From assembly GCA_048887225.1 (NCBI GenBank), contig JBHLJY010000024.1:2544-38501 (forward strand): a stretch of 35,958 bases of DNA, written 5' to 3'. The stretch is from Candidatus Hodarchaeota archaeon (GTDB taxonomy: Archaea > Asgardarchaeota > Lokiarchaeia > Sigyniarchaeales > SOKP01). Both the position numbers and the translations under genes were made by a program. How positions within the stretch are numbered: the first letter of the stretch is position 1; every line of letters begins with the position of its first letter. Below are positions 9,712-17,359 of the stretch, piece after piece. The notes beneath the pieces were generated by a model. That model saw only the letters and a program-made list of their open reading frames with translations. It searched no databases and was not told where the DNA came from.

Positions 9712-10032
9712 TTAAGACCATCTCTGTGGACTTTTAATTATTAGGGAGCATTCCTCTGCTAAAATTGGCATCCCTTCTCTATCTAAATTGTCTCTTACAA
9801 AATCAATCGGTTGATTAAATTTTTCACTGATATGGTGTATTAATTTTTCTCTTTGCTCTTTTGTTAATAAATCCAAGTCAAGTGAATACACTAATACTTT
9901 TTTATGATGAGGTGTATTTGCATAGTGTGGTGTTGGCGATTTCACTTTAACGATACTTGTGCCAAACACCTTCATGAAATCTGGATACCTTTTACTCTTG
10001 CTGCTTATCATCACTTCAAAATCCTTTCCCAT
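9712..10032 (-). CDS. Hypothetical protein
   Basis: 106 aa with RBS-like GGAAGTGA. Confidence 0.7.
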   Translation of the reverse strand: MGKDFEVMISSKSKRYPDFMKVFGTSIVKVKSPTPHYANTPHHKKVLVYSLDLDLLTKEQREKLIHHISEKFNQPIDFVRDNLDREGMPILAEECSLIIKSPQRWS

Positions 10033-10045
10033 CTATATCACTTCC

Positions 10046-10282
10046 TTAATTTCGCTTTTTCTTTTTTTCAAAATCAAGAAATAATTCCAAATTATGCTCT
10101 AATGTCTTTAACCCAAAAATTATAACCTGATCCAACAATTTATGCATCAATTTCTCGAAATTCTCTGCTTCTATATTAATCTCAGTGATAAGATTTTCTT
10201 TAATCGTTTGAATCTCAAATTCTCCTGTTAGTCTAAGTTTAACCCCCTTCATAATCTCTTTTTCATTGGTCTGTAAGCTCAA
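10046..10282 (-). CDS. Hypothetical protein (start revised to TTG 10282)
   Basis: In-frame TTG preceded by GGAGG; the track start at 10354 lies inside the upstream Zn-ribbon ORF. Confidence 0.55.
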   Translation of the reverse strand: MSLQTNEKEIMKGVKLRLTGEFEIQTIKENLITEINIEAENFEKLMHKLLDQVIIFGLKTLEHNLELFLDFEKKKKRN

Positions 10283-10415
10283 TTTCCTCCTCTCTGTATC
10301 TTCTATTCTTTTTATAATTCTTATGATAATTCTTGTCCGATCCGCAAACTTCACAGGTATAATTTATGAAATTATTATCAATCAAATTCCCGCAAATAGG
10401 ACATCTAAAAGGCAT
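10263..10415 (-). CDS. Zn-ribbon microprotein (50 aa, not in ORF track)
   Basis: MPFRCPICGNLIDNNFINYTCEVCGS...; GAGGTGA RBS. Confidence 0.7.
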   Translation of the reverse strand: MPFRCPICGNLIDNNFINYTCEVCGSDKNYHKNYKKNRRYREEEIELTDQ

Positions 10416-10662
10416 TTTGAATCTCACCTCTCCTATTTATCATTTCCTCAACTTCTCCATCATTTCTCTTAGCTTTTTTTTCGATTTTGCTAATCAAGAA
10501 CTCAGTTTCGCAATCTATCAGTTCATTATATTTCTTAGCCATTCGTTTTCCTTTACAATGATAAAATTTCTGAGTTTTCGGATCAAAATACTTATTTCCA
10601 GCAATTTCATATGTTATATCCTCTATTTCTTTCCCATCGCAAAAAGGACATCTAATTCCCAT
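10405..10662 (-). CDS. Zn-ribbon protein
   Basis: CPFC...YHC. Confidence 0.65.
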   Translation of the reverse strand: MGIRCPFCDGKEIEDITYEIAGNKYFDPKTQKFYHCKGKRMAKKYNELIDCETEFLISKIEKKAKRNDGEVEEMINRRGEIQNAF

Positions 10663-11089
10663 TTTGAATCTCTCCTCTCATATTTGGATTTTGCTCAAAA
10701 TCTTCCTGATGCCTATAGTGATGGCAATAGTCACTGTTGCAGGTATAAGGCCAATGACATTCAAGCATATGTCCGTATTGACATCGAATATGACAGACCA
10801 TAAGATTTGTGATATCCATATGAATCTGTGGACAATAAAAAATGGGATTTTTCTTCTGATCCTTTAATCTGAACATACGCATGATATTTCTTTTATTAAT
10901 CTCTTCCATTGTCGGGTAGTCATCTCTGATTAACTGAACCTCTTTCTCTATAAGATACCTAAGAATTATATTAGGAGCAATTCTATCCTTCTTTTGCTGT
11001 CGCTTTCTTAATTCCATCAGTTTATTTAGCATTTCCGTTGTCTTTTCATCCAATTCAAATTTTCTTTTTGCTCTTCTAAACATTATCAT
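10652..11089 (-). CDS. Putative RHH protein with C-terminal Cys/His-rich domain
   Basis: N-terminal RKFELDE..NIILRYLIE; C-terminal CPQ..CHIRCQYGHMLECHWPYTC..YCHH. Confidence 0.6.
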   Translation of the reverse strand: MIMFRRAKRKFELDEKTTEMLNKLMELRKRQQKKDRIAPNIILRYLIEKEVQLIRDDYPTMEEINKRNIMRMFRLKDQKKNPIFYCPQIHMDITNLMVCHIRCQYGHMLECHWPYTCNSDYCHHYRHQEDFEQNPNMRGEIQNGN

Positions 11090-11117
11090 CTCCTGAAATC
11101 ATTATTTTTTAGTAAAA

Positions 11118-11248
11118 AGCCCGTAGGCTCCCCGAAAGAGATTTTCGGGGTTTTCAACCAAGAAAGGGTATGGGTTTTAGGTAGATTTAAATGGAGCCCT
11201 GGAGCTAAAAATATAACCTTAATGGAGGTAAGATTACTACCTTTCTTG
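11118..11248 (-). ncRNA. Candidate structured RNA / leader
   Basis: 9-bp stem 11159-67/11240-48, 8-bp hairpin 11130-11150, and c(UACG)g tetraloop hairpin 11118-11129 on the minus strand. Confidence 0.4.
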
Positions 11249-11286
11249 TGTATTGTTTTTATTAATTTTTCACTCATCTTTTTCAA

Positions 11287-11463
11287 TCAACACCTTACAA
11301 CTCTATGTTTTCCATACATTAATACAATATAAGTTTCTAAGGTGGTAAATCCATTTTTTAAAAGGCGTGTGGTTAAATTTCTACAATTATTACAAATAAC
11401 AGCCGTATTCCAAATAGGTCCTAATCTAATTCTACCACAAACAATACATTTAATTGGTTTCAT
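11287..11463 (-). CDS. Zn-finger microprotein (58 aa, not in ORF track)
   Basis: MKPIKCIVCG...ICNNCR... Confidence 0.6.
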   Translation of the reverse strand: MKPIKCIVCGRIRLGPIWNTAVICNNCRNLTTRLLKNGFTTLETYIVLMYGKHRVVRC

Positions 11464-11479
11464 CTTTTTTGACCTATTT

Positions 11480-11836
11480 TTAATTTTCTTCCTGGATAAT
11501 TTGTTTTTTAACTAATTTTTCTCTAATTTTATCTTCTGGAATACTCCCCTCTTGTAAGGGATTTATAAGGTTAAAGTTCCTGAGTTCTAACCTCTGTTTT
11601 ACTTTTTCTAAATCATTATCTATTCCGTTTTTAATATAGTGTTTAATGGCTTCTGAAATGTTCGTATAAAGACCATACTTTACAAAGGTCTCTATTATCT
11701 CTTTATCCAATACAAGCCAATGAAAACTAAATAAAGTGTAATTAGGATTTTTTTGACCGTTCCAACGCCCACGTCGCGGTCCAAATTTAGTATATTTCTT
11801 GGAGATTTCTTCTATAATTTTCTCTTCGATCATCAT
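11480..11836 (-). CDS. RHH-like protein
   Basis: FSFHW..GLYTNISEAIKHYI. Confidence 0.6.
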   Translation of the reverse strand: MMIEEKIIEEISKKYTKFGPRRGRWNGQKNPNYTLFSFHWLVLDKEIIETFVKYGLYTNISEAIKHYIKNGIDNDLEKVKQRLELRNFNLINPLQEGSIPEDKIREKLVKKQIIQEEN

Positions 11837-12195
11837 AACGCACCTCTCTTCTTCATTTTATGAAGGATATTAATCGTTGCTTTCACAGCACCAGACCATC
11901 CCCCGCCTCCCCTTTCCTTTTTGTAGTGCTGCTTATAAAGATAACGAGTTGATCCATGACGAAAAAATTGTTCACATTCGATATCTTCATTCATATATTT
12001 CTTAGCAAAACTCATAATATCGTTATAATCAGGAACCTCGAATTTTTTGACTTTTTCTTGTTTCTGTAATGTTGCTCTTGCTTCTGGTCTTTTATTTTCT
12101 GTTTTTGTAGATCTCTCCGAAGATTTAGAACCTTCAGGGGTTATTTCTTTTTCTTTTAATTGAGCTTTCAGTTTATCTTCCCAAGCACTACTCAT
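11833..12195 (-). CDS. Hypothetical basic protein with disordered N-terminus
   Basis: 120 aa, overlaps both neighbours. Confidence 0.65.
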   Translation of the reverse strand: MSSAWEDKLKAQLKEKEITPEGSKSSERSTKTENKRPEARATLQKQEKVKKFEVPDYNDIMSFAKKYMNEDIECEQFFRHGSTRYLYKQHYKKERGGGGWSGAVKATINILHKMKKRGAL

Positions 12196-12601
12196 TTAAA
12201 TACGCCTTTACTGTTTCTATTAATTTTGAATCTATTTTTCTATTTAGAAGTCCTAAAAGCTTATTGATAATCGATGTCGGATATTTAATCTCAAAAATAT
12301 CATCAAATAAGGAGATCAATTGTCTGCAACAACTGTTAATTTCAGTTTGCTTTCTTGTACGTACATCACCATCACTTGCAGGGCCCTTGGATCCTTCAAG
12401 TGTACGTACAATCACATCTTCATTTTTTATGAATGTACGTACAATATCCAATATGTACGTACTAAGCCTTTTATTTTGCTTTTTCGCCTTTTCTAGTAAT
12501 TTTTCCTTAAAATCTGAGTTTATGCGTACGTACAAACGATCATTTTTTTCTCCATCTGTACGTACAACACTATCATTGATTTTATTTTGTACGGACATCA
12601 C
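12188..12601 (-). CDS. RHH-type DNA-binding protein carrying an internal palindrome array
   Basis: RLYVRINSDFKEKLLEKAKKQNKRLSTYILDIV. Confidence 0.75.
   Translation of the reverse strand: MMSVQNKINDSVVRTDGEKNDRLYVRINSDFKEKLLEKAKKQNKRLSTYILDIVRTFIKNEDVIVRTLEGSKGPASDGDVRTRKQTEINSCCRQLISLFDDIFEIKYPTSIINKLLGLLNRKIDSKLIETVKAYLNE
12356..12597. repeat. Seven copies of palindrome TGTACGTACA (four exact, three with one mismatch)
   Basis: Starts at 12356, 12401, 12434, 12454, 12525, 12557, 12588. Confidence 0.95.
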
Positions 12602-12633
12602 TTAAAGATCACACTCTTAAATATTAGCAATTT

Positions 12634-12846
12634 TTAGGTGTTGATTTTTCCCTTTAACTTACCCATCAATTCTGAAAAGGGGATCTCTGATATCTGTTTT
12701 AATGCAAATCTCATAACCTCAGAATTGCTCCTTATTCCAGAAGCGTTTTTGAGATCTGAAAATATCTTATATAATTCATCATCGGGTTTTATGGAAATCC
12801 GTAGTTCAATAGCCTCTTTTTTTGTATTATTCGCATTATTTTTCAT
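12634..12846 (-). CDS. RHH-like regulator, first gene of the early operon
   Basis: ELRISIK..GIRSNSEVMRFAL. Confidence 0.75.
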   Translation of the reverse strand: MKNNANNTKKEAIELRISIKPDDELYKIFSDLKNASGIRSNSEVMRFALKQISEIPFSELMGKLKGKINT

Positions 12847-12986
12847 TTTCTTACACTTTTTTTAAATTTTTTTAAGTAACAGATCCTTTTTTTCATATTT
12901 AAATTTAGTGTAAAAAAGTGAAATAAAAAGACAATTTTTAATTTATTCGCAAAAACTTAAAATTTATGTAAATCCAATTAATAATT
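12847..12986. promoter_or_regulatory. Divergent promoter / switch region
   Basis: 140-bp AT-rich gap between divergent paralogous RHH genes; TTACACT (12851) / AGTGTAA (12907) inverted pair. Confidence 0.55.
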
Positions 12987-13178
12987 ATGGCTAAAAATGA
13001 CCAAAATTTACCTGACATTAAGATACGATTGAATATAAAAGCAGAAAAAGATAACCCAATTTATGATTCCTTTTTAACTATTAAAGAATATTTGGGACAG
13101 AGACTTAATACTGAAGTTATAAGATTCTGTATTATGAGGGCCTATGAAAAACTAAAAGAAGAAGGTAAAATTGATTAA
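12987..13178 (+). CDS. RHH-like regulator (divergent paralog; candidate repressor)
   Basis: KIRLNIK..GQRLNTEVIRFCI. Confidence 0.75.
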   Translation: MAKNDQNLPDIKIRLNIKAEKDNPIYDSFLTIKEYLGQRLNTEVIRFCIMRAYEKLKEEGKID

Positions 13179-13375
13179 TCAAATACGTCTCTATAAGCCA
13201 TTTCTTTACGAAAATTATAATCCTCAATTATAACATCCTTTAAGCTTTCTAAGGGAGTTATATTTTTGATTTTTGCTCTTAATTTGTGAAAAATCCAGAT
13301 ATCATTAGGTAAACCTTCTTTTAAATAATCCAAAATTTTTTTTTCGCTTTCTTTAGAAATATTATTGTTTGCCAT
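13175..13375 (-). CDS. Hypothetical protein
   Basis: 66-aa ATG ORF. Confidence 0.55.
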   Translation of the reverse strand: MANNNISKESEKKILDYLKEGLPNDIWIFHKLRAKIKNITPLESLKDVIIEDYNFRKEMAYRDVFD

Positions 13376-13484
13376 AGGATTGTTATCTTATATTCTGTTT
13401 TTTAGTAATTTTAAATCTATTTATTTATTGAAAAACCTCTTTAAGATCTTCAAAAGATCCTTGAAAATATGAAAGAATGATCTT

Positions 13485-13820
13485 TTAAAGAAAAGATAAT
13501 TCTTGATTTTTACTAGGGTTTTTTTTAATAATACCCAAATCCTTATTTCTGCTTTCTATTTCTTTTTCAATGATGAATTCACAATATTCTTTTTTCATCA
13601 CATTGAAATATGTTTCAAGATACTGAAAGTAGGGTTTATAATCGTCAGAGATTTCAATTTCGAGATTGATCGCCTTCACCTTTGAACATTTCTGTCTAAA
13701 GGTAATTTTTACTCTATCTATATAAATCCCATTATTTTTTTCTGAATTTAAGGCTTTAAATTTTTGATCATGGATCTTATTTATGAATGCATTTTTTACC
13801 TTTCTATTATAGACCGACAA
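13485..13820 (-). CDS. Hypothetical protein, possible C-terminal RHH
   Basis: NLEIEISDDY..EYCEFIIEKEI; start uncertain. Confidence 0.45.
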   Translation of the reverse strand: MSVYNRKVKNAFINKIHDQKFKALNSEKNNGIYIDRVKITFRQKCSKVKAINLEIEISDDYKPYFQYLETYFNVMKKEYCEFIIEKEIESRNKDLGIIKKNPSKNQELSFL

Positions 13821-13975
13821 GAATATTCAAAATTAATTTTTTTTCCTGGACTGATTAAACTTTAATAAGGATAAGTAAAAAAAAAATAATTAATTTTATT
13901 TTTAAAAATCGAAACCACAATGATTTTTTCATATTAGAAGTATTGTCTTAAAATCTCTGTAATACAATTTATTAA

Positions 13976-16378
13976 TTAATATTCTAAAATCCCTTTTTGT
14001 CGAATTGTCTTTTTTATAGGCGTTCTTCCAAGATTTAAGAAATCTTGAGCATTAATACTCTTTTTCTTCTTATTTGCTTCATAAAATTCAATCAATTCAT
14101 CATAAATAATTACCTTCCAACGATCTCTTCTGATCATTTCTCTAAGTAGAGGTTCTTCAAATTTATTGTAAAGCATATTTTCTCTTTTTAAAGGGATCAC
14201 TATAAATCTTTTTATGGAGTAAGAAATATTTGACCCTCTTACTACAGCATCAGTTATTTGAGTCGTGTTTTCAACTTCAAATTCACATTCAATTTTTTCA
14301 TCTTTAATCCATAATACATCGATTTCTTTAATTCTATCTAATCTTTCTAATGGTAATGAAAGTTCTGTTAAACTAAATTTTAAAGTTTCATCATCTTTAT
14401 GTGCACACCAAATTTTATACCCACTTTTTACTCCAATTTCAGCAATATAATTTATTATTATTTGATGCATTTTTTCTTCTCGTTTGAAATCTGGATTTAA
14501 TCTCCATCTTTTGTCTTTTGTTTTTATAGCATAATGCTCTAAAATAGACATCACACTTTGACTTTCAGGAGTAAGAGAATTTGGAAATTTCATGAAAATA
14601 TACTGTATAATATCATCAAATAATACTTTATCTGAACTCTTTAATACATCTAATATTGCTTTTTCAAGTCTTTCATTCAATGGTACTCTTTCTAAGAAAG
14701 AAATTTCACTTGGATTTTTTAACCACCATTTAGTACCTTTCATTAGTCCTTCTTGAATATTCACTAATATTAACTCTTTATCTAAATATTTTTTAAGTAC
14801 ATCCTTTATTTCTACTTTAGCTCCTAATAAAAGACCATTTCTTTCAAGTTCCACATCAACAAAATTAAGTAAATAAGAATAAGAAGTAGGTTCTCTGCGT
14901 TCTGCTAAAATTCTCTTTACTGTTTCAATAATAACTTTATCATAACGCATTTCATCGATATCTTTTTTATATTTTGTCCTTTCTTTCGAAGTTTTTTTAA
15001 ACCTAATATAATAATCTCCAATTGCACTTCCATAAGGTTGTCTCTGAGCTTTAACTGACACAACCGCAGGTGGTTGATAAACGATTTTTTCCATATCAAA
15101 CCCTCCAAAAACAACAGCTCTTATCAATGAATTTCTAATTCTTATACTTGTATTATGAAAAGTTACTGTCATATAACGATTTTTTTTTAGAGTTCTATAT
15201 GTTTGTTTAAAAGCTTGTCTAAGCATTCTATCATATCGAGTAAAATCTTTTTTTTGATATCTATTTATGATTATTTCTCCTTCAAAGTCGATATCATATT
15301 TTAACCATGATGCCCATAAAACACTTAATTCGAAAAATTGTATAGAACCACCATAGGGGGGATCTGTAAAAATATAATCAACACTTCGTTCGGGAACAAT
15401 AGTTTTTCTTGGAAATTTATCATTAATTAATTCAAGTGAAGAATGGTTTTTGATATAATAATCAGCTCCATTCTCTAAATCTTTAAAACTTTTAGCGGGT
15501 TTTAATTCTGAAAAATAATTGTTTGTTTCTTCTTTACCTCTTCTTATTTCTTTATATCTTAATTTAAAATACTCAAATACATTTAATTCCCAATGTTCTG
15601 GAGGAACCCAATAACTATGTGTAACCCATCCTTTGCAAATCTTTCCAAGGCTCTCATGAACATAAGGCATCATATTAGTAAATTGTGCTAATGCAGAAGT
15701 AAAAATGAATTTCATTATTTTTTTTACATTTTCATCCCCTATGGACTCAATTTCATTATAAATTGCTGAAGTAATAACAAGATTTCTATTTGAGAATAAT
15801 TCATACACAAAATCTAATTTCTCTTTTTTCATAGGTGGAAGTTTTACATTTTTAGGATACCAATGCTCAATTTCTATTTCTTTTGATTCTTTTAGATTTT
15901 TCAAATCGGTTTGAGTAAGTTTACTACGAATCCTACCATGTTCATTACATTTAAATATCTTCTGAAACGGTTTATCGTCTTTCCAAGCAGTTCCTAATAA
16001 TTTTGCTTTCTTACGACATTTTAAACATCTAGTTTCATATAGGTACATATAAACCTTCTTTACTCTTTCTACAATATTAATATATGCTTTATCTAACTTT
16101 TCCAAATCTACAGCAATTAGCGAACATTTAGTTATAAAGGTAGAAATTGGATCTAAATCAACACCGATAGCTTTACGACCTAATTTTAATGCCTCCATTA
16201 CTGTCACACCAGAACCACAAAAAGGATCAAAAATAATTTCACCTTCATTTGAATATTTTTCAATATATTTTGAAACGACATTATGAGGTTTCCTAGTCCA
16301 ATATTTATGCATTGAATACATTGGAGTATGAGTCTTAGCTATTATTGGATAATCTATATGTTCCATTTCTTTTGTCAT
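13976..16378 (-). CDS. Amino-DNA methyltransferase (probably N6-adenine) with Zn ribbon and C-terminal PD-(D/E)xK-like domain; fused RM-like enzyme
   Basis: Motif I FDPFCGSG; CLKC..C..H; motif IV TDPPY; C-terminal IDVLW..FEVE. Confidence 0.85.
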   Translation of the reverse strand: MTKEMEHIDYPIIAKTHTPMYSMHKYWTRKPHNVVSKYIEKYSNEGEIIFDPFCGSGVTVMEALKLGRKAIGVDLDPISTFITKCSLIAVDLEKLDKAYINIVERVKKVYMYLYETRCLKCRKKAKLLGTAWKDDKPFQKIFKCNEHGRIRSKLTQTDLKNLKESKEIEIEHWYPKNVKLPPMKKEKLDFVYELFSNRNLVITSAIYNEIESIGDENVKKIMKFIFTSALAQFTNMMPYVHESLGKICKGWVTHSYWVPPEHWELNVFEYFKLRYKEIRRGKEETNNYFSELKPAKSFKDLENGADYYIKNHSSLELINDKFPRKTIVPERSVDYIFTDPPYGGSIQFFELSVLWASWLKYDIDFEGEIIINRYQKKDFTRYDRMLRQAFKQTYRTLKKNRYMTVTFHNTSIRIRNSLIRAVVFGGFDMEKIVYQPPAVVSVKAQRQPYGSAIGDYYIRFKKTSKERTKYKKDIDEMRYDKVIIETVKRILAERREPTSYSYLLNFVDVELERNGLLLGAKVEIKDVLKKYLDKELILVNIQEGLMKGTKWWLKNPSEISFLERVPLNERLEKAILDVLKSSDKVLFDDIIQYIFMKFPNSLTPESQSVMSILEHYAIKTKDKRWRLNPDFKREEKMHQIIINYIAEIGVKSGYKIWCAHKDDETLKFSLTELSLPLERLDRIKEIDVLWIKDEKIECEFEVENTTQITDAVVRGSNISYSIKRFIVIPLKRENMLYNKFEEPLLREMIRRDRWKVIIYDELIEFYEANKKKKSINAQDFLNLGRTPIKKTIRQKGILEY

Positions 16379-16514
16379 AAATTAAATTTACTTTTCTAAT
16401 TATTTATTCTTTAAGATTAATTATTTTTTCGGTTCCAGGATAAATAAAACTTTAATTTGAAATTTGAATTTTATAAAAAGAAAAAAAATATTAATTATTT
16501 TTTTTAATATAAAA

Positions 16515-16910
16515 ATGAAAGAAGTATGGTATCCTGATTTCGATGATATAATGGAAGTTTTTAGAAAATTGCTAGATAGATTCAGAGATTTGAGAAAGGA
16601 AAATCTAATGGATGAGAGAGCAATTAAAAGCATATTAGATAAAGTGAGATATGGATTGCCTTTTAAAAGTTCTGATTTCTGGGAAAAAGTAGCGATTCTA
16701 TGGCATGATATTAGTTATGAACATCATTTTTCAAATGGAAATAAAAGAGTGGGTTATTTTGCTATGCGATTATTCTTAAAGAAGAATGGATATAAACTCA
16801 AGAAAATCTCTGATGAGGAAAAAATTGATTATTGTCTCGAAATTGCGAAAGGAAATATGAATTATAACGCAATTGTCTTATGGTTAAAAATTAATAGTGA
16901 AAAAATATAA
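16515..16910 (+). CDS. doc: Doc/Fic-family toxin (start revised to ATG 16515)
   Basis: HHFSNGNKRVG matches the Doc-type HxFx(D/N)GNKR motif. Confidence 0.85.
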   Translation: MKEVWYPDFDDIMEVFRKLLDRFRDLRKENLMDERAIKSILDKVRYGLPFKSSDFWEKVAILWHDISYEHHFSNGNKRVGYFAMRLFLKKNGYKLKKISDEEKIDYCLEIAKGNMNYNAIVLWLKINSEKI

Positions 16911-16938
16911 ATTAATGAATTAATATATATCAAGTGAT

Positions 16939-17094
16939 ATGAAAATACTTGGAAGAAATACAGAATCGCATCTTTCTAGAAAAATAGATGTAGATAGTAA
17001 AGAAAAAATTAATGACAGAAAAGATACCAAGAAGCAAATTAATAAGATATATAAAGAAGATAAGAATATCTTTAAAAAATTATCAGAACTCTAA
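16939..17094 (+). CDS. Putative Doc antitoxin (51 aa, not in ORF track)
   Basis: MKILGRN...KIYKEDKNIFKKLSEL; C-terminal helix resembles Doc-neutralising tails; immediately downstream of doc. Confidence 0.6.
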   Translation: MKILGRNTESHLSRKIDVDSKEKINDRKDTKKQINKIYKEDKNIFKKLSEL

Positions 17095-17173
17095 TTTTAT
17101 TTAATTTGAAACAATTATAAAAAAATATGATTTAGATTGAATTAATTTTTTTTATAGTGCCCTGGAGAATTTT

Positions 17174-17320
17174 TTATTTTGTTCCTCCATGGATTTTCTG
17201 TAGTTTCTTTGCTTTATAATCTCCTTTTTTCTGATGGTGATGTTTATAACAATGTGTCATCCAGGGTTCTATTTTTCTATTACATCCTGGTTGGGCACAG
17301 GTTTTTGATTTTTTTGCCAA
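17174..17320 (-). CDS. Basic C-x4-C..C-x2-H Zn-finger microprotein (48 aa, not in ORF track)
   Basis: MAKKSKTCAQPGCNRKIEPWMTHCYKHHH...; GGAGGTGA RBS before TTG. Confidence 0.7.
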   Translation of the reverse strand: MAKKSKTCAQPGCNRKIEPWMTHCYKHHHQKKGDYKAKKLQKIHGGTK

Positions 17321-17359
17321 AATTTTCACCTCCAATTTTTTGATTTTAATTTTTTAATT

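Noticed and set aside
10266-10867. Plus-strand ORFs 10266, 10366, 10664
   Set aside because: Antisense to the coupled minus-strand operon; their mutual similarity comes from the junction repeat
12264-12865. Plus-strand ORFs 12264..12605 and 12638..12865
   Set aside because: Antisense to well-formed RHH genes
16421-16633. Minus-strand 70-aa ORF and TTG-extended Doc N-terminus
   Set aside because: Antisense to doc; the extension is low-complexity AT-rich upstream DNA
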